Below, piece by piece: positions 12,294 to 23,787 of a DNA stretch of 64,000 nucleotides. Location of the stretch: contig CM052817.1 of NCBI GenBank assembly GCA_028534125.1, forward strand, positions 47,556,001 to 47,620,000. The letters are read 5' to 3'. Under the pieces are notes generated by a model. That model was not told the DNA's origin and ran no database searches. It was given only the letters and a program-made list of their open reading frames with translations. Source of the DNA: Lama glama. Its lineage: Eukaryota. Position 1 is the first letter of the stretch; each line of letters starts with the position of its first letter. A program made the translations under genes and the position numbers.

Positions 12294-13978
12294 GTGGGTG
12301 TGTGGATTCTGTGTGCATGCGCGCACGTGTGAGCTTGTGAAGCTTTAATCTGGTTTTAGTATCAGGTAGGCTTTGGGTGAATTGAGAAACTGTGGCAATT
12401 TGGAATCATTAAGCCCCTGCAGGTTAGGAACAATTAATATTTGAAGACAGTGTTTGCATGTAAGATTAGTTGTTGGGGGAAAGCCAGGTTTGGGTATTTT
12501 GTTGACTCAGAGGCATCTAAATGGGGACTGATCTGTCTCCTGTCTTTGTTAATTGCACCACTTCTCCCGGATACATTCCAAATCCCTGACCCTGGATGCA
12601 GGGCTCGGTCCCATTTAGCCATGCAAAGGAACTCTTCTGTTTTTCTTTTTATAGAGGTATAACTCTATAGCATTATATTAGTTTCAGGTGTACGACTTAA
12701 TGATTTGATATTTGTATACATTGCAAGTAAGTCCCACTATTACTTTTCTTGTTCGAGATCTTTTTTATTCCAACTCTTTGTCCCAGTTTGAGTAAACTTC
12801 TCACTGTTCAAAGACCGAGATGGTTCCAGCTTCCTGCCTTTTGGCTGGCCTACCCTTTCCCTTCTTCCTATCTAACCTGCTCACCTTCATCCACCAAGGT
12901 TCAGTTCCATGGCCCAAAATACCACCTTCCAGGGGTGCCTCTCCCAAAGTCCTTCCTCTGCATCCCAAAGGCAAAGACGCCTACCTCTGGCTTACTGATC
13001 ACAGCAGTGTGCCGTGACTCCTGTCTCTGAGCCTGCACTCACCACTAATCCATGCACTGCATTTCTCAAACACCATGTGCTTTGCTTCCCCAGTGCCTAG
13101 CTGGTGCCTGTCCCAATGTTGTCTGTTTGGTGACTGGCTGAATCAGTATCTCTTTGCCTGTATTAACTACAGGTCTTTGATATTTCTAAAGACTCTAAAT
13201 GAAGAATCATGGGGTCATAGAAGAGTGGATAGAAGGAGAGGGCAGCAAAAAGCAGGCAGAGAACAAAGGAGGGAGCAGAGAGCAGGACGGGCAGGAAAGG
13301 AACAGGCAAAAGAAGGTGCCTGCACAGGACCACGAGGATAACTCATGTCTCACTCTCTTCCGAGTCCTGGCACAAGCGTCCCTCCTCTGCCACTCCCACC
13401 GAGATCAGTAGCATGGTTATTTCTGGGCTTAGTTTTAGAGCAGTGAGCCCCTTCCTTAAAGAAACGGATTGATGGGAATAGAGTTATAGTAGTTCCAAAG
13501 AGGTTGAATTAACCAACATAGGATGTCAATAAATTCGCCACCTGTAAGTAAAGTGAAAGAATGAGAAGCCCTGATCCATGATCAGCTCCCTAAAATGGGC
13601 TCCACTAGTGTCTTTAGGAACTATGGCAGGTGTTACATTAGAATAATGGCTTCTTTGGCATCCCATGCTTACCACGTGTCAGGCAAACTGCTTTACATAC
13701 AGTCTCCTTTGCCTTCCTTTTGTTCTACAACAATTCTATGAGGCTTTCAGAAAAAAAAGCAAGACGCTCAAGCTGGTAAAGGATGGAATTAGGGTATGTA
13801 CCGAGGGTTCTCTGTCTCCAAAGTCACTATAACACTGCGTCATAGAGTAAGAACTCCAGCACTATGTGTATGCTTGTGTGTCTGTATGCTTGTGTGTGCA
13901 TACGTGTGCACACGGGGGAAAGAAGAAAGACAGGCCTGGTGGAATAAATGTCTGTAATCACAGCCTTTGTTTCCATAG

Positions 13979-14096
13979 TGTTCAGTAACCTGCGGTGAAG
14001 GGACGGAAGTGAGGCAGGTCCTCTGCAGGGCGGGTGACCACTGCGAAGGCGAAAAGCCCGAGTCTGTCCGTGCTTGTCAGCTGCCTCCCTGTAATG
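13979..14096 (+). CDS. ADAMTS3: ADAMTS3 exon (exon 21 equivalent): last TSP1 repeat
   Basis: tttgtttccatAG acceptor, G|GTAGGT donor; 118 nt; reads [39 protein letters not shown](D). Confidence 0.97.
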
Positions 14097-14662
14097 GTAG
14101 GTGTGACACTGATTGATTTCACTATTCTGAGAATGGTTTTGAAGCCTCAAAAAGCAGAATTTCCTTTCAGGAAAAGATCTGGATTTTCCATTTGCTTGTT
14201 GAAAAAATGACCAAAGGGAAACACACTTGAAATATCAGCCTAATCCAGCTCTTTAAGGTGGGTGTTTGTGGCAATGTCCCCCACCAGTTAATACTATAAC
14301 CACTGCAGACTCCCTGGTTCCCAGTATGTGGTAGTGCTGGGGTGAGGGCGGTGTCATGTATGTGTGGTGTCTGTCAGCTTTCTCGTAGGAGCTCCTTCAT
14401 TTTCTCTGTTTGATTTTCTTTATAACTTCATAATTCAAAGGCATAACCATGGAGAAGGGTTGGCAATATTTTACTAAAATTGCTCAGTTTAGACATGTAG
14501 ATGATAAATGTCATTCACAAAGCCATTTCCAGTATTTGTCCAGGCATTTCCAGGGACTTCAGCAGGGTGCTTTCGAAATAGGTACCTTGTACATACACTA
14601 AAATTTGCCTGACCTACTCTTGCTCTATTACAAAAGCAGTCTCTCTTCTCTATTTTAAAGTA

Positions 14663-15283
14663 CAGGTCTTTCTCACTTTACAATGGCATTACATCCTTGT
14701 AAATTCATTGTGAGTTGAAAGTGCAGTCAGTTGAAAATGCATTTAATACACCTAACCTACCAAACATCACAGCTTAGCCTCTCCTACCTTAAAGGTGCTC
14801 AGAACACTTACGTTAGCCTATAATTGGGTAAAATCATCTAACACAAAACCGATTTTATAATTAAGTGTTGAATATCTCATATAATTTATTGAATACTATA
14901 CTGAAGGTGAAAAATGGAATGGTTGTCTGGGTACAGAATGGTTGTAAGTGTATCAGTCCTTTGCCCTCGTGATCTCATGGCTGATCAGGAGCTGTGACTG
15001 GCGCCCTAGCCAGCATCACGAGTGATTCCACATATCACTAGCCCAGAAAATATCCATGTTCAAAATTCAAAGTACGGTTTCTACTGAATGCATATAGCTT
15101 TCACACTATCATAAAGTCAGAAAATCTAAGTAGGGGGACGCTGTAGCTCAGTGGTAGAGTGTATGCTTAGCATGCATGAGGTCCTGGGTTCGATTCCCAG
15201 TACCTCCATTAAATCAATCAATCAAATTACCTCCTCCCTCCCAAAAAAATCTGAGTGGAATCATCCCAAGTCAGGGACATCTG
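14663..15283. mobile_element. Tigger5/MER47-family DNA transposon (TcMar) with a SINE inserted near its right end
   Basis: Starts TA|CAG, ends ...agtcagggacatCTG; internal aaaatgcatttaatacacctaacctacc...gtgctcagaacacttac...aagtacggtttctactgaatgc recalled as MER47 consensus. Confidence 0.8.
15132..15245 (+). mobile_element. tRNA-derived SINE (camelid Vic-1-like)
   Basis: A box tagctcagtggt, B box ggttcgattcc, tRNA-Ala-like body, tail ending in As; TSD aaaatct(a/g)agt at 15121-15131 and 15246-15256. Confidence 0.85.
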
Positions 15284-15339
15284 TGTAATTCAGTTTGCTA
15301 TTGTAAAATCAGTAGCATGTATGGATGGTTTCAGTTGCT

Positions 15340-15975
15340 ATCACTCTGTCTCCTCCTCCTTCCTTTCTGTCACTCCATGCACCTGTCTCTGTCCTCTTGT
15401 CTTATTTTGTGTCTCCACTTCGCTCTCCTCTCATTTCCTCTGTCGGTTTCACTCTCTCTCTCTGCCTCTGACTTGCTGTCCCCTGCTGCCTGTGTGTTGC
15501 TCATTTCCTGTGTCTGTCACACACGCTTTTCCACCTCTTTCTTCTTGCTCTCTCTCTCCATCTCCTACCTAGTCTCCCTACCTCTATTCTCTGTCTCTCT
15601 CATTCTGGCTTCTCTGCTCTCTCCTGACTCTCCTTTTTCTCTCCCCCACCCTTTCTAACACCCTTCTTGCCCCCTTTTCTGGCACGTGTGTCTGTCATTC
15701 TCTTTCTTTCTCTTGCACTTTCCTCTGTCCTTTCCCCACCTCCCCGGCCTCTCCCTATCTCTGCCACTCCCTGTCTCTCCATCTCCCCTACCCTACCTCC
15801 CAGTCTCCTGCCTTCCCAGCCTTCTGTCTTTCCCAACCCCATGTCTCTTCCCCTCTGACTCTCTCTGTCTGTCTCTCTCCCTCCACTGCCTGTCTGCTCC
15901 CTCCCCCATCTGTGTCATACATTCTCCCCATCCTCTCTTTACCCCCTCCCGTCCCCCCACCCCAAGCTTCCCCTT
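15340..15975 (+). repeat. CT-rich low-complexity polypyrimidine tract (~630 bp)
   Basis: Strongly C/T-skewed on +; produces the spurious Leu/Ser/Pro ORFs in the track. Confidence 0.9.
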
Positions 15976-16453
15976 ACATGTAATTTTCCAACGTCAACAC
16001 CTCATGACAACTGTGGACATTGCTTTGCCCACTATTAAGACTTGGAACTAAAGAAGTTGCCTTTTCCTTGGCCTCCAACCCCATAAATAAGCCATTGACT
16101 GAATATTGACACCTGCTGAGTGTCCTTTCTTTTTTTTATGAGAGAATTGGCCAGGCACTATTTTATCAAATGTCTTATTTCGTGAGGAAATTTCGGGCTT
16201 CCAAAGAAACCTTATGGATTATTTCATTATACATTTTCTTGTGAAATGTGGGGTGGCATGAACAAATATGACCATGAGGGGGAGACAAAGGACTTATACA
16301 TTTAATCATTTTTCTCTGGAAACTATGTTTGAAAGTACAAAAGACAAGTCAAAGCCCAAAGAACAAACTTTACCCAGTTAGAAGCTGCAAAGTTTACTGT
16401 CACCATAATATTTTACTTTTATTAGGCATTACTGCCAGGAGGCCAAATACTTT

Positions 16454-16591
16454 TAAAAAAAATTTTTTTGAGGTGAAAGTAATTAGATTTATTTATTCTT
16501 ACTATTTTTTTTAATGGAGGGACTGGGTATTGAACCCAGGACCTTGTGCATGCTAAGCACTGCACTCTACCACTAAGCTATACCTTCCCCT
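16454..16591 (-). mobile_element. tRNA-derived SINE (Vic-1-like), reverse orientation
   Basis: ttgaacccaggacc...atgctaagca...ctctaccactaagcta is the reverse complement of the 15132 body; 16-bp TSD ggaggccaaatacttt (16438-16453) / ggaagctaaatacttt (16592-16607). Confidence 0.85.
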
Positions 16592-17959
16592 GGAAGCTAA
16601 ATACTTTGTGAGTAAGCTTTAAATCCTAAAAACTGATAGCTATATATTTCTGCAGATATGCCCAGTTGCCAGCGAGAATTTGCTTGATTCTCTACCTTAA
16701 GCCAAAGAAAAATGTTATAGGCATAGAAAAAGTAATTCAGATATGATAAGGAACTGGTGCTTGAGGCAAAACCCATTAATGTGATTCTCAGGCATTTACA
16801 ACCCAATTAGATGATTACCTTAGCTAATATGAAATACTCAGATACATCATGCTGTATCATAGATGTATAAATGCCAGTTTGGGACGTGGACATGGCATTG
16901 CAACTCTAACAAAGTACAGGTTTAGCCTCCACTGGCCTTACCAACTGAGCCTCCTCTTTTTTCCTTCCCCCTCAAACTTTAGAAAAAGGATGTAATTTCT
17001 TTGGCGAGTTACATAGCAGGTTTCTCACCTAGCTATATAGAATTACCCAGTATCACCTTGCAGTTGTAAGCTGTCTTCTTACACAAATGCCACAATTTAC
17101 AATTCTTTGCATTTGTTAACCGGGTATCAGATCACTATCTCCGTGTTGGACTGTGTGTGTGGACTCTGTCTAGGATACGCCCTGGAATGGCTGAAAATAA
17201 GTACAAACTAACATTTTCATGAGCTCAATATTTGGATTTTTTTGAAATCTAATTCTTATAACCTATAATCAGTAAAATTTTAAAATAATAGAAATACTAT
17301 GTACACACACACCTACCAAGGGTTTTATGAGTGTGACTTTAGTCTTATTTAAACAGAAAGTACTAGCAATTCAATGAAATTAAATTCAAGAACCATGCAT
17401 TATTCATAAGAAAGTTGGTACACTTAACTCAGATTTGTACTTTCAAATAGCAAATAACCTGAGAATGTTCAACAGTAAACATAAAACTATTGCATTCATT
17501 CTGGAGAATATTCTCCAGATCAAAATGGTATCTTGATTTTTCTTTTGGTAACATAGTTTTAAGATTTAATTTGCTCCAACAGGTCTTTAGTATTTATTTT
17601 GATTTTAAATTTAATATAGAGATCACTCTATTATAAAGACAGATATACCATAAAATTAACAAAACAGATACCCCTCTATATCTTGAAAATATGATAAAAT
17701 GATTTCTAGTTTCTCATTCCAAAATCAGATGTGTGTTCCTATAGGAAGAAAAAAAATACCCTTGGTCTGAAGAATCTTGATGGACCTGTGAAAATGCTGG
17801 TCAATTCAAGTGCTTTGCACATAGAGGATTACTTATTTTACAAATTCATCCTATCATTCATATTTTTAATGCAAAGACTCATGTGAACAACTTCCATCAA
17901 TGTCAGATTTTACTTAAATCTTCTTATATTTATAAGCAATTTTATTTTCTTCTCTCCTA

Positions 17960-18420
17960 TTTATTTTTATTTATATTTATTTCATTTTACATTTAAATTA
18001 GTTGATGTACAATATTCTGTTAGTTTCAGATGTACTACGTAGTGATTTTGCATACATTATGCATAGTGTATTTGCATATATTGTGAAATGATCACCAGGA
18101 TAAGTCTAGCAACCATCTGTCCCCAAAGTCATGACCGTATCACTGGCCATATTCCTTATGCTGTGTATCACATGCCTGTGGTATTTATTTTATAAATGGA
18201 AGTTTGTACCTCTTAATCCCCTTCACCTATTTTGCCCCCTCCCCTAGCAACCACCCATTTGTTCTCAGTATCTCTGATTCTGTTTTCGTTTTGGTTTTTT
18301 TGTTTTGTTTTGTTTTGTTTTGTTTTGTTTTCCAGATTCCGCATATAAGTGAGATCATACAACGTTTGTCATTCTCTGACTTATTTCACTTGGCATAATG
18401 CCCTCTAGCTCCATCCAAGT
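17960..18420 (-). mobile_element. L1 3'-end fragment next to the ADAMTS3 last-exon acceptor
   Basis: agttgatgtacaatatt...agattccgcatataagtgagatcata...ctgacttatttcacttggcataatgccctc, antisense L1 3'UTR motifs. Confidence 0.8.
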
Positions 18421-18473
18421 AGCCTTCCTTTTATGCTGAGATGTATTATTTTGTTTTCTTTTCGTCTTTGCAG

Positions 18474-19033
18474 ATGAGCCGTGTTTGGGAGACAAGTCCA
18501 TATTCTGTCAGATGGAGGTGCTGGCCCGATACTGCTCCATACCAGGTTATAACAAGCTATGTTGTGAGTCGTGTAGCAAGCGCAGTAGCACCCTGCCACC
18601 TCCCTACCTTCCAGAAGCTGCTGAGACTCAAGACGATGCTATCTTTAACCCCAGTGACCTCCCCGGATCTCTAGTGATGCCTACATCTTTGGTTCCTTAC
18701 TATTCAGAGACTCCTGCCGAGAAGAAGAAACTTTTGAGTAGGCTCTCTTCTGTGGGAGACCCAAATGCATATGCTGCTTTCAGTCCAAACAGTAAACCAG
18801 ATGGTGCTAACTTCCCCCAGAGGAGAGCTCAGCCAGCAGAAAGTCACACTCTGAGACTGGCTTCCCCACCCACCGAGAGTGGCCACCTCAGTTCATCTCC
18901 ACAAATGGCTGCTGCCCCCTTCCTTGCAGTCAGTGATTCCATAGGTGCTTCTTCTCAGGCAAGAACCTCAAAGAAAGAAGAAAAGATTATTGACAGGAGA
19001 CGTCCAATAAGATCATCCACCTCGGAAAGATGA
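18474..19033 (+). CDS. ADAMTS3: ADAMTS3 terminal exon, coding part: PLAC domain and Ser/Pro-rich C-terminal tail
   Basis: ttcgtctttgcAG acceptor; (D)[33 protein letters not shown]...RSSTSER then TGA at 19031-19033; same frame as ORF 18485..19033. Confidence 0.97.
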
Positions 19034-21240
19034 GAAAATGAACCGAAAAGGCTAGCAATCAGGAAAATCGGGACAAGCTCCCTCTCCCCATGGTGCATAC
19101 GTCTTATTTAAAGTGGAGCTCTCCCTAAATCGCCGACTCCTTTTTTCTGCAAGTGGAAGAACAAAAAAAAGTGCGGGTTCACTTTCTAGTTGCTTTCGTC
19201 CTCCTTTTGTTCTGCATTGACTCGTTTACCAGAATTTCTTGGAAGAAAGCACCAAAGATTATTAACCGAAGGAAAGTAAAAGTTGCTAAATGTGTTGGTC
19301 ACTTTCTAAAGCCAAGAAGGGACTGGAGCCAACTGTGCATATCAGCTGATTTTTTTTTTTAAGTTACGGTCAAAATAAAAAAGAGGTGCCAATGGTTTAC
19401 ACTTTAACAAAAGGTTTTGAAAATGGAGCAAAGAATTTCTTAGACTTGTATTCCTATTTATCTATATTAGAAGTATTGTGTGAGCACATTTGCAGCTGTT
19501 GTGTAAATACTGTATATTGCAGAAATCAGTATTATTTTAAGAGATGTGTTCTCAAATGATTGTTTACTCTATTACATTTCTGGATGTTCTGGGTGCCTGT
19601 CATTGAGTATTGCCTTATTTGACGTTCTATGGGTTGATTTTCAAAGCAAACTTTTTCAAAGAAGAAGTTAGAATCACCACCACTGACAATACAATGGGTT
19701 TATGTCGTGTGGTTTTGTTTAATCGACAATGTGATACCTAAATTACAGAAAAAGGAAACAAACAGATAAGCTGCAGATATAGAGATTTCAGCTTACCTAT
19801 TGACCTTCCATACTTTAAATAAAAAAAGAATAAGATTGGCATCTTAGTAGACTTGTAGTCACAGGGACCAGGGATCAGTTAAGGAGCCTGTGCACAGCAG
19901 AACTGAATCCTCTTACCAGGACCTCAGTAGACGCCACTGAAGTGTCCTACGTTCTTGTGTTGTTTTTAATTTTCCCCTGGTCGACATATACAAAGAGGTC
20001 TACTCGTGGTTCTGTGATAACGACAAAGGAAAAATGTTCTGAGATCATTTGTATGTTGGTACCCGAGGAAGACATCATTGAACCACAATTGACAAGTATA
20101 GTCAGGCTTCAGGGCTCTGGAAGCAGGTTCAAGAAAGCATTGGTCAACAGTTGCGATATTTATTTTCCGCATGGTTCATATCCAAATGTCCACAACCACA
20201 ATGCATCTGACTGCAATAATGTGCTAGTAATTTATGTCAGTGATCACCTTACTCACAGTGAAGCCAGAAATGCTCTCTCCAGGGAGTAGATGTAAAGTAC
20301 TTGTATATAGAATTCAGAACTGAAGATATTTATTAAAAGTTGATTTTTTTTCCTTTATAGTATTTTTATGTACTAAATATTTACGCTAATATCGATGACG
20401 TATTTTGGTAAACTAGAGAGACATAATTAGAGATGCATGCTTTGTTCTGTGCATAGAGAAGAAATTTAAGCAAACTACAGCAGCCAAATCAAAGAGCTAA
20501 AATTGAACAACATTGATGTCATGCACACCTTTTGCAGTTTTAAAGTAGTTAGTGCAAAGTTGGTAACTTGTTCCCCTTCAATGACACATAAAATAGTACG
20601 GACACAGATAGCTAGCTGTTTAATGAACTAGTGAATTAGAAACATTTTTTTTAAGTATGTGGAAGAGATAAGTACTTCATGGATTACACTTAAAAGAAAA
20701 AAGGAAGATAAGTGATGTCAGCAAAATCATTTTGAGTTCAGTTCCTGAACTAGCTAAAAGTACACTATGCAAACTAAAACGTAGGTATGTTAACCTCGCA
20801 AAGCACAGAATGTGCAAGGACTCTTGCATTATAACCATGGGAAAAACAACAGCTTCACCTATTGACTCTGTACCTCTAAAGAATCGCTGCTACTTTGTGC
20901 AAGACTTTTCAAAGTCAAATGAATTAGGTGAATTCCAGATTGCAAAACAATCCCTGAGCCTCGAGTAGAAGTCCTTTTTTTTCTCTCCTAAAAATTTCCC
21001 CGGAATGAAGTTCTCTCTAGTTTGCTTGCATGTGCGTAAGTCTGGTCCACAGGGGAATGCAGAGAAAGCCGGTCACACACATTCACCTCCCATAAAGGTG
21101 TACATACTCGTTACACTTCTGACCTTTGAGCTTCCTTTTCTACTAAGCTAAAAAAAATCCTTTTTATCAAAGTGTACACTACTGATGCTGTTTGTTGTAT
21201 TGGGAGCACGTAGCAATAAAATGTTAACAAAATACAGACC
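19034..21240 (+). other. ADAMTS3: ADAMTS3 3'UTR (end approximate)
   Basis: AU-rich stretch with no recognisable interspersed repeat from the stop codon to AATAAA at 21215-21220; the first clear repeat starts at 21523. Confidence 0.75.
21215..21220 (+). terminator. ADAMTS3: Likely distal polyadenylation signal of ADAMTS3
   Basis: AATAAA with upstream UGUA motifs, at the end of the repeat-free UTR block. Confidence 0.7.
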
Positions 21241-21522
21241 TGGCTCAGTCGAGAGTTTATCATTAGAGTCATCACAGAGTAATGGAAACCTGTTCTTTCC
21301 TCCTACAAAGTGAAATAGTATCAAGTTCATGTGCTACTTGGACTTTCTCTAAAGAGGCTCAAATAAGATGATAGTGTCTCCTATTTTCATTTCAGGGTGT
21401 ATCATAATACTTCTTAAGTAAATTTTAAAAAGATAAAAAAAGAGGTTACGGGGGTGGCTTTTTGCTCAAGTCCATCCCGCAGAACTTGAGGAGACAGAAA
21501 ATGGCAATAACGCTCGTTGTAC

Positions 21523-22014
21523 TGTTACCTGGAAGAGGGAAATAAGAATTACCTCGGTTCTCAGTCACCTAAAGAAAAGAATTTTTGATGAGAGACAAAA
21601 AGCATGGTATAAGCAAGATTTTTATTAGTAAAGTGAAAAAGTAGTAAAAGTACACTCCCGAGAATTGGGAGCAGGCCAATCCAAGAGAGGAAAGGTGGTG
21701 CCATTCCTTTGTTTTTCCCGTTTTTATATCCTGGTTTCATGACTGACTGATGGACAACTCAGGTTCCCTGCGCTCTGGCACGCCCATCCCCTTTTGGGCA
21801 GGTTCATTGGGTCAAGTTGTACCACGTCCCCCTCCCCATGCGCAGCTGCAGCACTTTGATTTTAGCCGGCTTCTTTTACTGGCCCTCATTTAGAGAAAGT
21901 AAAAATTTCTGGAGTCCCTTTTCCTGAAGGCAGACACGCTGCCATTTTCTGGGTTGCTCCTTTCCCCCTTCTCTCCCCCTGCCCAGTGCTCATTTCTATC
22001 TAAACTGCCTAACA
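21523..22014 (-). mobile_element. ERV solo LTR, copy A (4-bp TSD, ERV1-like)
   Basis: TGTTA...TAACA termini, TSD GTAC both sides; minus-strand TATA-like box (~21721-21730) and AATAAA (21621-21626). Confidence 0.9.
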
Positions 22015-23468
22015 GTACAAGAAGGACAAAGGGCCCTTCTATTTTGAAAAAGTGCAACCCCAGAGTGGTTTTTAAAGAAAAACTGCCATCAGCTTTGGAC
22101 CCTGAGTATTGGTGGGAGCACATCACCCACAAGTCTGGAGTGTGGGAAGAACAGGGCATCACAGAGGAAAGTGTTTCATTATGTAACAGGGAGACACTGT
22201 TATGCCACTTGGTTACCAGTTTAAACTGGAAAGGCAGAATGACTCAGGCTTCAACTCCACTTCATACCCGAATGAACGTGGGTAATCTCAGATTTCAGTT
22301 TCCTCATCTGTAAAATAAGAGGCAGAAGTGTCAAACATTATTGTGTGACTGCTGTTGAGAAATGAGATCATACAAATAAAGCTGTTCACTTGGGGCCCCA
22401 CATAGAGTAATTCACAATAAATAGTAAGTATCATCTTTGTCCTTGGATTTCCCAAGCCGCTTCCTCATCACCTTCATTATGTGACAAAACCTCAGCTTTC
22501 CTTTAGGGTCTCCAGCTAGTCTGACTCATGGCCACTATGTCTCATTAGTGGTGGTAAAGAATGTAGTTTCAGGATCTAAAGACAAACAATTTAGCTTTAA
22601 AAGTTGATAGGAAGGACAAACCCATTAAATATGACCTTGTCATTGATTTTGAAGAATTTTAGCAAAATACACCCACTTTCTCTTTGCAAACTATAGTGAA
22701 ACTAGAGAATAATTATGTATTTCTGCAAAGATGGTCAACGGTGCCATACCGCCCCAAATTATTAGCAAATAAAATGTTTCTCATGTATTTACATTAATAC
22801 ACACTGCAGAAGTATCAAGCCATTTCTCTATACCTATCTTATATTTTCTTTGTGAAGCCACTTAAATGTAAGATATAAGAGAAAAAAATCAATTAAAAAT
22901 GATGAAAACATAGATAAGCCAGAAAAGGTACTACTTGTTTAAAAAGTACTAAATATAGAAAAAGATTAAAAAGTAAAAAACTACAGTAAAATTGCTTAAA
23001 ATGCAGTAAAATAGGAAACCATCGACTGTACACAGGCATTATCAACACATCAATATCAGAAACTATTTGGGGCCCAGACACTTCTGAATAATTCACTTAC
23101 AGCTAGTGATAAAATTTAAAAATTATTTAAAATACTGCCTACCAAGCAAAGCATAATCTACTGAAATGAATTTGTCATCAAAAACACAAATTCTGAAATG
23201 AAGCAAGGTATTACAAATTTCTGTGAAATTGTTGTAGAACTTACCTAAGAATCAGAATTACTCCCGAATCTCCCCCATCCTGACATATGGCAGGTGTGTA
23301 AGAAGCTGATCATCTGATTCGTGGTGACAGTAATGTTACTGCATTAACATCATTGATTGGAAAGACTGCTCTTGTCCAGTCAATTCAGTTTCAAATAAAT
23401 TGTTGATTTGACCAATTAGCTTTCAATTATTTGATCATTAACAATTTCACCTGGGGCTGAGTTGTGTC

Positions 23469-23473
<5 letters not shown>

Positions 23474-23508
<35 letters not shown>
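23474..23508. repeat. (GT)n microsatellite
   Basis: Direct observation. Confidence 0.95.
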
Positions 23509-23515
<7 letters not shown>

Positions 23516-23787
23516 TTAACTACTAAAAAAAAACCCAAAGTATTCTATTGTCAGGGATCAAAGCAATTATTCACAGCCAAGTGTTATTCATACTTATATC
23601 ACAAGTGTTAATATCCTGCCCTACAGGATCACTCCAGAAGCTTGAACACAAATAACAAAGCTCTTCTACAACCCACTACTGAATAAACAAGTGATGCTAA
23701 AATTCCAACTGTAGCCATGCAAAGAATAATTCTTTTCAAATTAGTTGCTTGTGGAGACTTGCAGGGAGAGACTGTCATTAGCAGTTC

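Noticed and set aside
12041..12326. Alternative-frame and antisense ORFs over the GC-rich ADAMTS3 exon
   Set aside because: Shadow ORFs expected from high GC; the true frame is fixed by splice phase
15133..15207. tRNA-Ala-like gene
   Set aside because: Has a TSD, a SINE-type tail and diverged sister copies at 16454 and 58128, so it is a SINE head and not a tRNA gene
15176..16051. Overlapping Leu/Ser/Pro-rich ORFs up to 160 aa
   Set aside because: The CT-rich tract lacks stop codons by composition; no domain or exon-like signals
19942..20289. 115-aa ORF in the ADAMTS3 3'UTR
   Set aside because: Non-ATG start, no recognisable similarity; chance ORF
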